From Daphnia carinata (taxonomy: Eukaryota): 64,000 bases of DNA. Positions 12,951 through 26,763 of this stretch are shown here, piece after piece. The stretch is from contig NC_081331.1 of the NCBI RefSeq assembly GCF_022539665.2, positions 4,402,001 to 4,466,000 of the forward strand, written 5' to 3'. Position numbers and translations under genes: made by a program. Below the pieces are notes generated by a model. The model ran no database searches, was not told the origin of the DNA, and saw only the letters and a program-made list of their open reading frames with translations. Every line of letters begins with the position of its first letter. The first letter of the stretch is position 1.

Positions 12951-13495
12951 GACTCGCATGGCATGCTGCTCTCATCCTGGTCTCACAGCGGACAACGCCA
13001 AAAATGATTTTCAGCCTTTTCAAAATTATCTTTTTAACTGTTTAAACATTTCTAAACGTTCCTACTAAAGGTATTTTCTAAATTTTTACTTACTAACTCG
13101 TTACTTTCCACTCGTTCTGTTACGGTCACAGACTACGCCGTCCCATTCGCCATATTTGTGTGTCCTATTCGAGTTCAATATTTTTAATTACAAATACCTC
13201 ATAATTCTTTGCGTACCTATGAATACGTCATTTCCAATCTTTCTCTCTGGCATGTATACAGCATTTACCGGCAAAAGTATAGTGATATTTACAAACAAAA
13301 CAATTGTTGGGTATAACGAAGAACAGGTCAAATGGATTTACGGTTGTTTTTTGGGGGGGAGATTTTTGTTGCAAACTGTCATTTGGTGAGCACGGGGGCT
13401 TTGCATCCAACCTGAGTTGAAGCTTTTTTAAATATATAAATTATTTAAGATTTGAAAAACAGGGATAATGTACGGCCTCACAACGAAACAATTCA

Positions 13496-16400
13496 TCAAA
13501 GTAACTTGTTGACCACGACCAGGAGAACAACGGTGGTTAGTTGCTGGGGCCAGCGTGGTAACAAAGGTAAACCTGCATCCAATGGCAACAGATTCAACAT
13601 ACGGTTGAGTTGGAATATCAGCATACGATTTGTACGAATAAATCGAAAGGTATTGATAGTTTTTAATGGGATATTTGCATCAATTACCTGAGTTACGGAC
13701 TGTTGATTGGCGTCCAGTTGAATACGAATTGTTGCTGATAAACTGAACCCGATTCCCTTGTTGCCACGTACTCGTGCTGGGTTTAGCAGTAGATCGAGGT
13801 ATCACTGTCGTTTTCTGTGGGGTTGTCTGTCGTGATTCAACGCTAGGGAAATCTATTTAAAATATTATTATATTGTACCGTTTTGAAATTTTCATTCTGA
13901 TACCTTCAACAATCATGTCGTTATTTGAATTATCCGGTTCCGTTTCTATTAAGTTAACAATCAATTTTTAAAAATAATTGTCAACGATGTTATTCATTAT
14001 TAAACGAACCCATTAGCTGAACTGATCCTTCTGCTTCGCCAAGAGAATTTTTAGCCACACATCGATAAGTGCCTATATCTTTGGCTTCAAACGATTGGAT
14101 AGTCAAGTTCATGTGTGTCCGATAGCCGTTGCTGGTCGAATCGGCGTGAATCCTGCGACTAGGTAACAGTACGAGATCCGATTCGGGTGGGCCGCCTGAC
14201 GTTCGAGCCCAGTAAGTAATGGCCTTCGGTTGAGCTTCAGTGAAACAATCAAATGTAACAGATCCTCCCAGTGGCAATCCGACTATTTGAGCTGGAACCC
14301 AAACATTTGGAGGAACTGTCAAATAAACAAATTAAATCTTTGCGCCGCCACTGAAAAAAGTAAATCAAAATGATTTAAAGACGTTACTCACATTCCACAT
14401 CGACCCAGATCCTTTTGGAAACGGATGGCGGGACGCCATTGGAAGCGATACACAAATAGGCTCCAGATTCCGTCCGTCCAATTTTGTTGAGTGTCAAACT
14501 TTCGCCGTCACTCATTGCTACATCGGGAACCAAATGTAATGAGATTAGCGCGATGTCGATTGCTATTTTAAACGTAAAAATGCCATACCGTCTTTTCTTT
14601 TCTCGCCGAGAAAAATAGGGCGTCCGTCTTCGCGGCGCCAAGTGACTTTCGGTGCTGGGACTCCATCACCACGACAGGTGAGCGTCAAACTTAATCCTTC
14701 ACGGATCGTTATGTGCGACGCAGAGCTGCCAGCATCGACAATCACCGGCGGCACTACGAAAAACCAAAACAAAAATGATCAAGTATATTATAAATAGTTA
14801 GAATCGTAAGATGCCGAAAGATTACCGACGACATCAACGATGCCGACTTGCGTGATCATAGGGTTGGAATTGACTTGGCACAAATATCTTCCGGCATCCT
14901 CCTTTAAAAATGTTTTTTTTTCATGTTAGTGAATTCCTTTTCTTTTCAACAAAAATGTTCAAAATGAACAAACCGGTTGAGCACCGCGAAGCGTGAGCGT
15001 CCAAGTGTTTCGATGAGCATCGTGAGTGGCGCTGTAACGCGGGATTCGGGTCACGAGATGTTGATGGATGGCAACAATCATGTGACGGTCCAAATGGATC
15101 CATGCAACCTACTCGACAAAAAAAATTCCAATCAATCATAAAACTACCACTTCAGTCCAGTTATTTATGAATTTTCTTGAGAAAAACAGTAACAACACAT
15201 TTCCCCGAATTAAATTTCAGCTGTTGATGAAAAAGTTATCAACTTTAAAGTTATAAAAAAGAGGAAAAACTTTTAAGCTGCCAATTTTCTGAGCTTATTA
15301 TAAAAAACACTCTAATCATTTAGGAAAGGCAACAAGTGAAAATTTGATGTGAAGGACAGGTCAAGAGGAAAATAGCATTTTTTTTTTTTTTCAAAGTCAA
15401 TTTGCCCAAAGTAAAGCGTGTTAGCGCCCGCCAAGGCAAGAGAACGGAAGGAGGAAGCTATTATGAACCTTATTAGCCCCTAAATGCTCTACGGTGCAGG
15501 TGAGGCTGGCGTCCCTTCCAATTACGACGGTGGCATTGTTAACAGGCTCTAGGAAAATAGGCGCCTGTTCTCCGCTAACTGTCCCGCTGCTGCCGGCTCC
15601 TAAGATAAACGGTAAACGAAGATAAAAAAAAATAAATAAAATAAGCTTAAGTAAGAAAAGAGAAAAAAAAAAAGATATATACATCGTGTATAAAGAAGAC
15701 TTGACGGGGGATGCGACTTTTGATTATTTCTTCATCGCAGCTGTTGGGACGGGGACGCAGATGGGATTCAATCAAGAAGCGAAAAGAAGGTGTCGTATAA
15801 CCCCAACGGGAGAGGGAAAAAAATAAATAAAAGGAACAACGATGGCGAAAATAGAAAAAGAAAAAAAACAGCTTGGCTAAAAGTGACAGTACACGTTTAG
15901 ATAGTATAGCGAGCGCAAACTAGGCGTGATGATGTCGATGACAGTCGTTTAATTGACTGTCATCTTGTATTCTTGCCGTGATCAGATCTTGCGATATTTA
16001 GCCAAAGGTCATGTGTTTTATGCGTGTTTAGAGGACATCCACTATTGTTTATTTCAACCGCCAAATCTTTCGAATGATTTATTTCGTTCATTCCGTATTG
16101 GAACTCGGATAAGAAGTATTAGAAAAAGACAAATTAAAAAAGAAAAGAGGGGGAAATTTACGACTAGGAAATGACCAAAAATAGTCGCTTCGTATTTGAT
16201 AGGCAATAAATCTTGATACCCAATCTAATGGCTTGCGCATACGATGACGGATATATATTCTCTGGTTATACCACCTGCGACTCTTCTTTCAACTTCATCT
16301 TCTTTATTTTCGATTAAGAAAAAAAAAAATAAAATTCTCTTTCAACTGTGTCGAACGTCGTCTTGTGTGAACATCTGCTCCTCATTAAATGCAATTCAAA

Positions 16401-19400
16401 TGGGCGCGCGCAGGCGCGTCCTATTTCTTTTCAAAAATACATATCGAGCTATATTTATGAGAGCTACAAGCACAACTCTCATACCACTAAAACTCTCTTG
16501 TACCTCATCTTTCATTCCGTGTCCGACTTGCTGTTTTCGTCATTCAACAACAACTAAAAATGAATTAAAAACACGACCTCCGCCACGAGAGGAAAGAAAT
16601 GCTAGCAGTCCGCTATTTCATTCCTCGCTTTTGGCCTTTTTTTTTTTTTTGTCAAATCATTCAGACAGAATTTGAAATTCGAGAGTTCCACAGACGCCAA
16701 CGTGCACGACGCAGAAGTGCTATCGTTGGAATGTGTGGCGTGAGGACAAACTAGCCCATCATCGGATTTAAATATAGAGCGCGCGCGGCAGTTGAAAAAG
16801 CAAAAACCGAACACGTAAGGCGCCAAGAAGATTTAAAACAAAAAACAAAAAAACAAAAAAAGGAAAAAAAAAAGTAAAGCATGTTGAGAAACGAAAGATA
16901 TCACGGTTTGAGCCGTGAAATAAGAAGAAAAATTTTTAGAATCTTCTTATCGTTGCGCATATTTTCTTTCTTCGCACCGTTTTTCATATCGGTTTTTCTC
17001 TCCATTTTCAAGAAATTGTATCAAATGCAGTTGTATCATCAAAGGAAAGCGGCAAGACTTTTTTTAAAACGACGTTGACATGTGTTTTGCATGTACATAA
17101 AACAAGCCGCCGTGCCACTTATTTCAAGAAAAAAGAAAAGGGAAAATGAAACTTGGATTTTTAAAAATACAAAACTGTCCGGAATAATGGAAGTATCAAT
17201 ACTACTAACTGTTTAAAGGCGCGTGTAGCCCGTTAAACTAGATTGAACTTGTCAATGTCTAACAAGTTTTGAGAAAAAGGTGGAGAGTAAAACTTTCAAA
17301 GTTAATTTGCTTTCAAACAAGAAATATGACGTAGCTCAGTAGAAAATGTGAAAAATCGAACTTTAAGCGCAATGATTATATGATTTAAACATTTTCTTTG
17401 AAAATGCTTATCCACTCTTTGTTTTGACGACTAAAATGAATAAAAAAAAAAAGAGAAAAACTGTTTGGTACTACTAGGAATTGCTGGCCGGAGACGTAAT
17501 CCATTAAATTGTCCGACTGGCAACGTCAAAATAACAAAAAAAAAACACGTGAAAAACAATAATAAAAAAAGTAATATAATAATAGCAAGTGACAGGTTCC
17601 AAGTTGAAGCAATGGCGGGGATGTGTTCAATGCTGTCTTTTTTTTTTGCCGTGCGTGTTTGTCGTCTATTTCGATTGAATCAATTTTTCAGAAAACAAAA
17701 GAAAAATTCCTCTTTTTTTCCATTCTTTCCATACGGCATAGTTTGTGAAATTGGGGGAGGACAGGAAAAGAAAATGACATTCCTAGTGGATTTGTAGTGG
17801 CCGTAATATTTCACGTTAAACGCAATTTTGGAACCTTTAAGGTGGAATATGTTACGCAATTACGAGTGAGTGTGCACCCCAACCTTGCGCCGTTTAATCT
17901 CAACTCTTATAAATAAGCTCCTCTTCGCAAAATGCCTATAACAATAAGCCTAATGGTAACATAAGAGCGCATAGGTGTTGACGTGCGTTGACTAAGAAAA
18001 GAAGTGCTTTAGACCCGAAATAAGCCCAACAACAAACAATCTGTTATGCGTGTGTCTCTAGCGTGCACAGCACGTTCGTATATAGCAACAAAAAGGGAAG
18101 GGAGAGAAAAAAGTCCTTCGCTCTATCTCAACTTTGCGCTCTGATGAACACAATGGTTTATTAACATCAACTGGCAGGATCAAGATAGAATGCCTTTATA
18201 CGTACCGCGATGCAACATCATCACCTTATCTGGGTTTTCAGAACGCCTCCAGATAATGAAGAGATAAGAATTTATACAACAAAAAATATATAAGGGAGGC
18301 AGCTTAGGCATGGCTAAAAACTATTGAATTCAACAAAGAAGTGAAGCTCATCTTCATACATGTTTCTAAAAAATGTATAATCAAAACAAGAAAAGGAAAA
18401 CCACAAAAAAAAATCCATAGAGTATTAAGAAACGAACGCGGGTTCTAACTTTTTTTAAATTTATTTTTACTCGACTCGTGACTTTGTGATTGGTGACCTT
18501 TTGTCTTCAACTTTTCTTTTTTGTTTTAACAAATCATTGATGCGCTCTCCTCTCATGCTCATTGTAATTCTTGTCGACCTGTTTATTTTATTAGAAGAAA
18601 ACCACTGATTTTTATCCTTTAACGGATGAATACATTTGTCCGCTTACTTCCCAACAAGTGGACACACAAATTGAGTGTCTTGAAAACCAATTGTTTTGCC
18701 AATGGCATCAAATTCATTACGACAAAGATAATCGCAACGTATTAAGACAGTGAAACGCGGTACTAAGCTACGCAGTGACGTCATCAATGTTTGAATTGCG
18801 GCTATTGGAAGTAAAATAACAGGGTCGCTAACCTGTCGGTAAAGTAAACCGCTACTACTATGTACGCCCGAGTATAGCATAGATGTCTCTCCATATTTCA
18901 TCTACGGATCAAGACCTATTCCGGATATCTTGGCAGGGATCATTGAACGTGATCCGACAGGCCCAATATGATGGGGGGAAAGAGGTTACAAGGGCCAACT
19001 TCAAATAGAGACATCAAGATAAGCTTATGACGTTTCTTTTAAGAGCAATTAAGCGTTACATGGACATACATGGAGTCATCAACGTACGTCAAACTTGTTG
19101 TTTTACAAAAAATTTAATCAACAATTTAAAATGCAATAGGTCATTCATGAGACGACTCCATTTAATTGGTAAATGAAATTATGAAATACTGAATGAAAAG
19201 AAAGGGCGAAAATCATTTAATAATGATCCCTTGATTGGAAGATGTCTTAGAGGGAGATTTTTTGTTTAGACAGCCTCTTTTGTAAATAATACATCGTCTC
19301 ACAATGTACGTGGAGAGCCTAGTCTCTATTGCATTATTTCGTGCGTGATTAGCAGTTGCGTATGCGATTGGCCTTGTTTGCTGCACGCTCCCGATCTTAT

Positions 19401-20351
19401 CATTTCTATTGGTTGATGATGTTGCACGTAATGAATTCCCCCGTCGGCGTATTTACAATAAGTTGCGCTCGTCCCTATTTCCATACCATCTCAATTCGAA
19501 AATAAACAAAACGAAGAAGGAAATCACCGTAAAATAGATGTTCGCTCATCTAACACGAAAGTAAATATAACGACGAACTTTACTGTACACACACACGCAA
19601 AAAAGAATCCCTAAACGCTCGACTGCCTACGTGCAAACATTCGTGTGTGTATCTTTTAACAAAACAATATTAAGCCCCTTTAAATGGGCGACCTTTACAT
19701 TGCATACGGTTCATTAACGTGTAGTTGCCCTACATCTCAAATTCCATCAAAATCCATGAGGGTCCGACCTGACAATTAACGTTCGATACATTTTAATGAA
19801 TTGAAAAAAAAAAAAGAAACACAGGTGCAATGAGAACTATGACAATAATGCGGTGGGATGGTCATCTCGTGTAACAAAAATCCCCCCGGATATTATTATT
19901 ACATATTTTGAGAAGAGCCGACAAGGGTCCTCTTCTAATAAGAGGACCAACTTGTATGTCTTCTTTCATTCTGGCGAAGCAAAGCCACATACATTTTCAT
20001 TAACTACACGCAATTCGATCTGCTCTTTTCGAAGAATTTCAGAATACCAAAAAACTGTTTGACGTGCTACGCGTTTCTTCCCCCGCTAAGAATCACATCA
20101 CTGTAGTGCTCACGACTCAACGGGAGCGGCAAAGCAGGGGGAATCCTACAAGTGTCTGAGCTTACGTCTATTCCACCCCTACGAACCCAAAAGGTCAAAA
20201 TAGCTTTTCAATCCATTAGCAAAGAAAATCCTATCGCCTTCTTCTTATCAAATGTTCAACGAAAATTTAAAAGGAAATAAATTGTTTTCAACTTACCAAA
20301 CACAGTGAACGATTGGAGTAACAAATGAAAGACGATAAAAGCGATCGTCAT
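13496..20351 (-). CDS. Lachesin/DIP (IgLON-like) cell adhesion protein: signal peptide, 3 Ig domains, Ser/Thr stalk, GPI signal
   Basis: Signal-peptide exon 20351-20297 (MTIAFIVFHLLLQSFTVFG), 4.7-kb intron, then PIFLEPVNNATVVIGRDASLTC..LG..KVAW, EDAGRYLCQVN, VPPVI..LTLTCRGDGVPAPKVTWRRED, GAYLCIASNGVPPSVSKRI, FDCFTEAQP..ITYW, GTYRCVAKNSLGEAEG, and a hydrophobic tail ...RNSGLPLLPRWPQQLTTVVLLVVVNKLL*. Confidence 0.88.
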
Positions 20352-23300
20352 CCTTCAATTTGAAAAAAAAAAAAAAATGGAAAATTCTATAGTCGCATAT
20401 CCCACGGACTATAAATTGCCTCTTGTTTTAAAAAGCCAATATCAAAACACAAAACGATTCGAAATTCTTCTTTTTTCACAAGCCAGTTTTTTAAACGGGG
20501 GGGGGCAAAATACACGTCTGTCTACGACGGCGGACGATACGGGATTGAACTATGAAGAGGACGACGTGGCATATAAGCGTATAATGCAAACACAAGGAAC
20601 GACTCCCCCTCAAAAGTCAAAGATGGGGGGAGGTGGGAGACAGAGACCGGCTGGATGACTTATACATGGCACACAACGGGTGGTTAATGGGCATCGTGTG
20701 TAGCTCGCGCATGCTCTTTACACACTTCAACCCCAAAAAAAGGAACTGTCAGACAAGAGAGACCAAACTAGTCATTTTCTGTAGCGGTCGTGTGGAACGA
20801 TCCGCGTTGAAGATCTCATCAGATTTTTTTTTTTTCCTTTTCTCTCTATAAAACTTTGATTTTTTTTTTACCTTTAGCAGACGTCAGTGGTCTTTTTATC
20901 AGGGACAAAACTTGGCGGTCATCCGCTGTATGTCAGCGACGTCTTAATGAGAACTGTCCAACACGGGTCATGAACAAACGCGCCAACCAAAAAGGACATC
21001 AACATCCAATCATATCCACACGCTTGAACTTTCGATGCAAGACCTCATCACAAATTGTTATACATTTAGAAGATAAAATCGCTTCTAGCTGGAGATGAAA
21101 TTACGATAAAAATTAAGTTAATGCCCAGTTTGTTAAAGAGACAATTTCCATGCCAGTTTTTTTTTTTCTTTCTAAGCATCAGCGCCTCCTCAATCATCTA
21201 TCCATCTGCTTATGTGGATTCCATTGCATTTTTTGGAAAGAAACTAAGAAACTTTTGGCTGTGGTAAAACAGATGTCCATACCCCTCCCGAGAAAAAACC
21301 ATCGTCACCACAGCAAAAGAGTCCGACGGTTGAGTAATGATCAATCGGTCGTCGTCGGCGTCAACCCCCCCCCCCCTACCTAAAAGGAAAAAAGGCGTCA
21401 CGTAGCCGCAGGGCATATCCTAAAATTAGAGCGTGAAATAACTTTTGACAGTGAAACATTCATTTGAAAAAAAAAAATTATTTCTCAGTAGTATTTTCAA
21501 ACGGCATAGAAAATAATTGTCATTTCTGTCCAGAAAAAAATTCTTCCCCCCCCCCCCGATTGAAAACTTTCAGCGAAATCACGCAACGCTATTTCCACGT
21601 ACTTTGCAAAAAAAGAAGGTGCCTTGGGGAACGGATATCATTGTAGCTGCGTGACAAACGTTGGCGGCGAGTTCACGCGCTAGACGTGACGGCCAGCGCA
21701 CGTCAGTTACCCATTAGGATTAGATCAGCCATATATAGTTTGTGTGTATAAAACTAACATCGACTAGACGCAGTCAAGTGTTTCCTTTTTTTTTGGTGCT
21801 GCGAGGATGGCACAACTAGCCGCGAATTTAAACGGTCTAATGATCGATGAAATGCAACTGCGACAGTTTAATTTACCGTCTTTTTTTTAATATCGAACGT
21901 ATTTTCCCTTGCATAGGATTTCTATCCGTTCAATAATTAAAACTGGCATTGGTAACGAGAGAGAGACGGAGGAATGCCCTTTTCTTTAAACTAATCCGCT
22001 TTTGCCTGTACATCATCCGACTACTTTTGAATAGTAAAAGAAAAAAAAACCAACTTGCGATCGGTTGAACTTTTCTCTATCAAACTTGTCACATTTGGTC
22101 TGTAATAGAATCTTATTTATTCAAAAGAAAAGCAGAAAATGTAATAAAAGGGGGCCGTGTAAATGACGGAGGGAAGAAAAGGGCGTAGGCTGTGCGGAGG
22201 GAAGAAGAGAAGGGAAAAGAAATTCACATAAATCAGGACGTCCGCATTTTTCATCGTTGTCCGATTCATCAGACAACTGATATGTTTTTCTTTTACGGTG
22301 GTACACAGTGACTTGCGCTTAATACAACACAAAAATGGAATAATAAGCGACAAAAGATAATAAAGCGGCTACATGTGTGCCGTTCGTTCATCTTGGTATA
22401 TCGTGTGTTCTCTAATAGAAAGAAAGAAGACACACAACTACGAGCCAAAAAAACAAATCCATGATGTAGCATATCAAAAAGGGTAAAGTATAAATTGCGA
22501 CTTGGTAATACAAGGTCTCTCATCCTAGACACCCAGTGTGTACAGTATATAAATACACGTATTATTCCATTATTGCATATAGAGGCAACGAGCATATGAA
22601 AAAGGCGACTATTACGATCTCTTTACCAAGGGAAAAAAAAAAAAAAATAAATAAAAAGTTTTTCTTTTTTTTCAAGGGATGGGGGGGGGGGGGGTGAAGC
22701 GCAAAATGGCTAAAGATGGAAAGAAATCCTATTGGGAGTCGTGCATCATGCTTTAGACGACGGCCAAGGGAGAAAAACGATGTCAGCAAAGCCCCGGCTG
22801 CGGCCAAAGGTGGCTCTATAAAGTCTTATATAAATATACGTCGTGAAACGGATGAGAAGAGATGGACAGCAACTATATCTCTCTTCTTTTTGTGTGTCTA
22901 CTTTCTCATATACATCGCGCGCACTGTCCATTTCGTTACGTATAAATAAATGTCGACTATACGCAGCTATACAAAAAAGAAAATACTCTAATAAAAGTTG
23001 TGAAATGCAGTGGAAGGTTTGCACAAAGAAAAAGGGAAGCCGCCATTTTTTTGTGTGCCAGTTTCAAATGGCAATGGTTTCAAATGTACGCAAAGGGACT
23101 TCGTCCAGGTAAGTCGGGTGATTTTTTAAAGAGGCCAACTTTCTTCTACCGTTTCGCATAGACAAAAGCAAATAAGAAGATGGGGAATAAATCAATATTC
23201 CGGATGCAGACAAAGAAAATCCATTTAACAAAATCCAGCATTTAAAAAAGAGATCCTTTACTTCCTATAGGATTTAACGTGCCCGAAAAAAAGTTAAGGG

Positions 23301-26300
23301 ATGCGCAACTATTCGCTTGAGCATCGTCATTTGGAGGCCGTAAGCGTCAGACCCAACACGAATTAACGCACACCCCCACTAGGCAAATAAAAAGCTAAAA
23401 CTCATTTTTAGCTTGTAACACAAAAGTATTCCCAAATACGCAATTTGAAAGAGCGAAAAAAAAGTTCATTATTATAAAAACGCAGGAATTAGACTCGCGC
23501 AAAATAAACGCATCGCTGGGTTGCCGGGGAAAAATAATAAAACTAGTTTGGATGTTGCGACTTTTTTGATCCTCTCCCCCCAACTTGTTGGATTGTTAAA
23601 CAGATACAACCACCCGCGCACACTGTTTTCTCCGACTATCGTCATTTCCGGTCGTGAGGGTTTCTCACCGTATTGATTTCAGGTATAAAAAGTAAGTGCA
23701 TACATAGGACGATGTGAATTTCGGATGCTGATTGGCTTTTAGGATAAGCAGAAAGAAAATACGAGGCTGGTCTTTTTTGTGTTTTTCTCCCTTAAAAACA
23801 AGATAGTTCTATACCAACGAGAGTGAGAGATTAAGGTTAATGGAGGTTCCGTGTTGCAAAGTGGCAACACTGACGAGCTCTTGGGATGATCCTCCTCAGC
23901 AATCCCATCAGAACCTCATGGCACATCCGCAGCTGATGATGCAGCTGCTGCGTTGCTATAAGCCGTGCTCCCTTTGCAACAGCAGGAGTTGATGTGTGCG
24001 CCCCGCTCTCCGTCCTCAGCTCAAAAAGTCGACCATCATTTTTCAATTAACTTTGTGACTTTTTTCTTATGCGCCAACTTGCGCTGCATCAGCAAAAAGA
24101 AACGTTGTATACACAATAGAAAATGACACCAAACTACTTTGTTAAAATGTCCTTTTCGCAAGACGAACAAAAAATTTTGGCTCGTGTTCTAAATATCCTC
24201 GTCTCATCTATTTCCGATTAGATTTCATAGATGTCGGTTTGCTAAAACTAATTAGCGGGATTTCATCGTTTCTTTTTTCTTTTCTTTTAAGGACCTAAAT
24301 CGATTTGCTGGTGATCACAAGTTCGTGACACGCCGGGTCGACCTCCCTTGTTCGAATGACATAGGCCCTGGCGATTCCGACAAACACCTTCGGGAATTTC
24401 GGGCCGCGTGAGTTTTCAAGTCGCGGGCAAAATCCGGCATGTATATTGGGACTTGTACCGTCTACACACACGCGGAAAATGAAATGGTATGTTTAAAAAA
24501 AAAAAAAAAAGAGAGAGAAAAGCATGGAACGAGCAAAGGTCTTAACGGATGGCCTCCCCATATAGATCTATGTACGAGGTGTGTTTCGGATCCATGAACA
24601 CATATTTACTCGATAGGATAAAGTATTAGATATATTTATGTACGTAAGAATTTTTTTTTTCTATTTTCTTGTAAGAGTCGTGCGTGTTTCCCTGCGGCCG
24701 AGGAAAAACATACGTTTGATTTCCCCGCGGTGCTGTAGAGTAGTTAATTGATCGCGCGCGCTCGGGCTCTCTTTCCCCCCGACCCCGTGAGTAGATACAT
24801 AGACGTATGGGGGTAGGGCGTTGGTGGTTGGTGTGGATGGTTTGGAAAAACAAAAAGAAAAACACTCTGGTGGATAACACGATCCATTTTCATAGAAAAA
24901 AAAAGGAAACAACATAACAACAGGGTTCGTTTTCGCGCCCAGCGTACCACATTAATCCCGTTGCTCACCAAAAAAAAAAACTATTCAATCAGTCGATGAT
25001 CAACTGATGGGATTCATTTAAGTCATTACACTTTTTTTCTTGAATGGAAAAAAACTGATTTGATGAGATTTTCAATTAAAAGAAAAATCGAATTCAATTC
25101 GATGTCATCTTCACATTTTTCTGTTGGATAAAGGACGAATAAAGAAATCATCAAGTCAGCAATTTGAAAGTATTATTCGTTCTTCCCTTTTGTTTTTCTG
25201 AATCCCAGAATAAAAAAAAACAATGGCAATCGACAATGTCTTCCCTTCCCCCACATTGATTATAAACAATAAAAAAAAAAATGAAATTTTACGCATTTTT
25301 TTTTTTTTTTTGTGCTGATGTGAGCACTGTATGAATAGCTGTAGGGTGTGTGCGTATCATTACCAACTCTCCTACAATTGTGGATGGTGATAGAAAAGAT
25401 TTTTCGCTGCGATGGCACCTGAAAGACGAGTGGACTCTTACGGTTCTCCACGTTTCAATTGAAAAGAATTTCAACCCATCCCGTACCCCATACGGTAATA
25501 ACGCGACGCGATTGCCAAGCGCATTCGTCCCCATTGTGTTGGCATCTGCATTTCAAGTCGGGTTCGGCAACAAAAACCGCGATGCGTGAAATACGATCCG
25601 CGGGCCATCCATTCCACTCGCCCCATTTTATTAGATAAAACATGATTTAGCTGGCCCGACATATCGATCGAAATCGCCCTATTTGCTCATTGTCATGGCA
25701 GAGCCACGCGATGACCGTCTTTTTCTCGATCGTCATCCGACACCAATCCAAACAATTCGTAAATCTCATTGCCCCCCCCTCCCTCACACGGAATAAAATT
25801 TAATGGATGGCAATCGAAGAAACATTCTTTGATTTATACGGCATTCAAACGAAGAGGAAATCAACTGTTTAGGGGTAAACCGAAAGATTCAGTATAAAAA
25901 ATATACGATAGTCGTAAAAAAACAAAAACAAAATGCCCTGCACCGGGGAAGGATTTGAAACGGGAACAATGGCCGATTGTCATCACGCGCCACCCCACAC
26001 ACACATTTTGACAGACAAACGGTGCTGGCGTGCACATATCCGATGGCTATACACACATTCATGTAAAGCTCGTGTTACGTCTTTTTTTTTTAAGGCATTT
26101 TGTAATATTATGACAACTAACGCCTCTTCTCAACGCTCATAGACGACGAAACCCTAAATAAAAAAAAAAGGTCTAAACCCAATCGACTGGAAATGTCTTC
26201 CGCGTTATTTGTTACTTTCACTTGAACAAGAAAAACAAAAGTGTTTGCCGCTCCATAAGTTATTATGACGTCACCCTATGCGTGTATAGAGAAACTATAG

Positions 26301-26736
26301 CAAGTTGAGCGGAATGATGAGCTTGACACGCATAGCCATAGCAAAGTGTCGATGAAGCACAGCTGGGGATAGCAAGTCCAGTTGTGCGGCAGGGGGGAGG
26401 AATAAAACGGAGGACATTGAGAAGAACGAATAAAAAAAAAAGAATGTCAAAGAGATGAGACGCAGAAAAAAAAGGGTCAAGTGAAGAGGGTGAATATCGA
26501 CAATGTCGATATTGTTGTTGAAGGATCCGGTATAACTTTAACCGACTACACACACCGCAGGGCATGGCGGAGGGAAATCGGAGAAAAGACCATCATTTGA
26601 AAGAACATAACCGGAATCTATCCGCATACGCAGCAAACTCTCGCCCCTTCTTCTCACTTCTTCAATGGACGATTGAATATGTGAACAGACAGAACGGAAG
26701 GAGGGGCCCTCAAATGAAAAATGGCGTTAGGCGAAC

Positions 26737-26763
26737 GGGGGGGGGGGGGGGGGGGGGGGGGGG
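26737..26763 (+). repeat. Poly-G tract (27 nt); shorter G/C runs also near 3819, 22681, 27515 and 61799
   Basis: Directly visible homopolymer. Confidence 0.95.
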
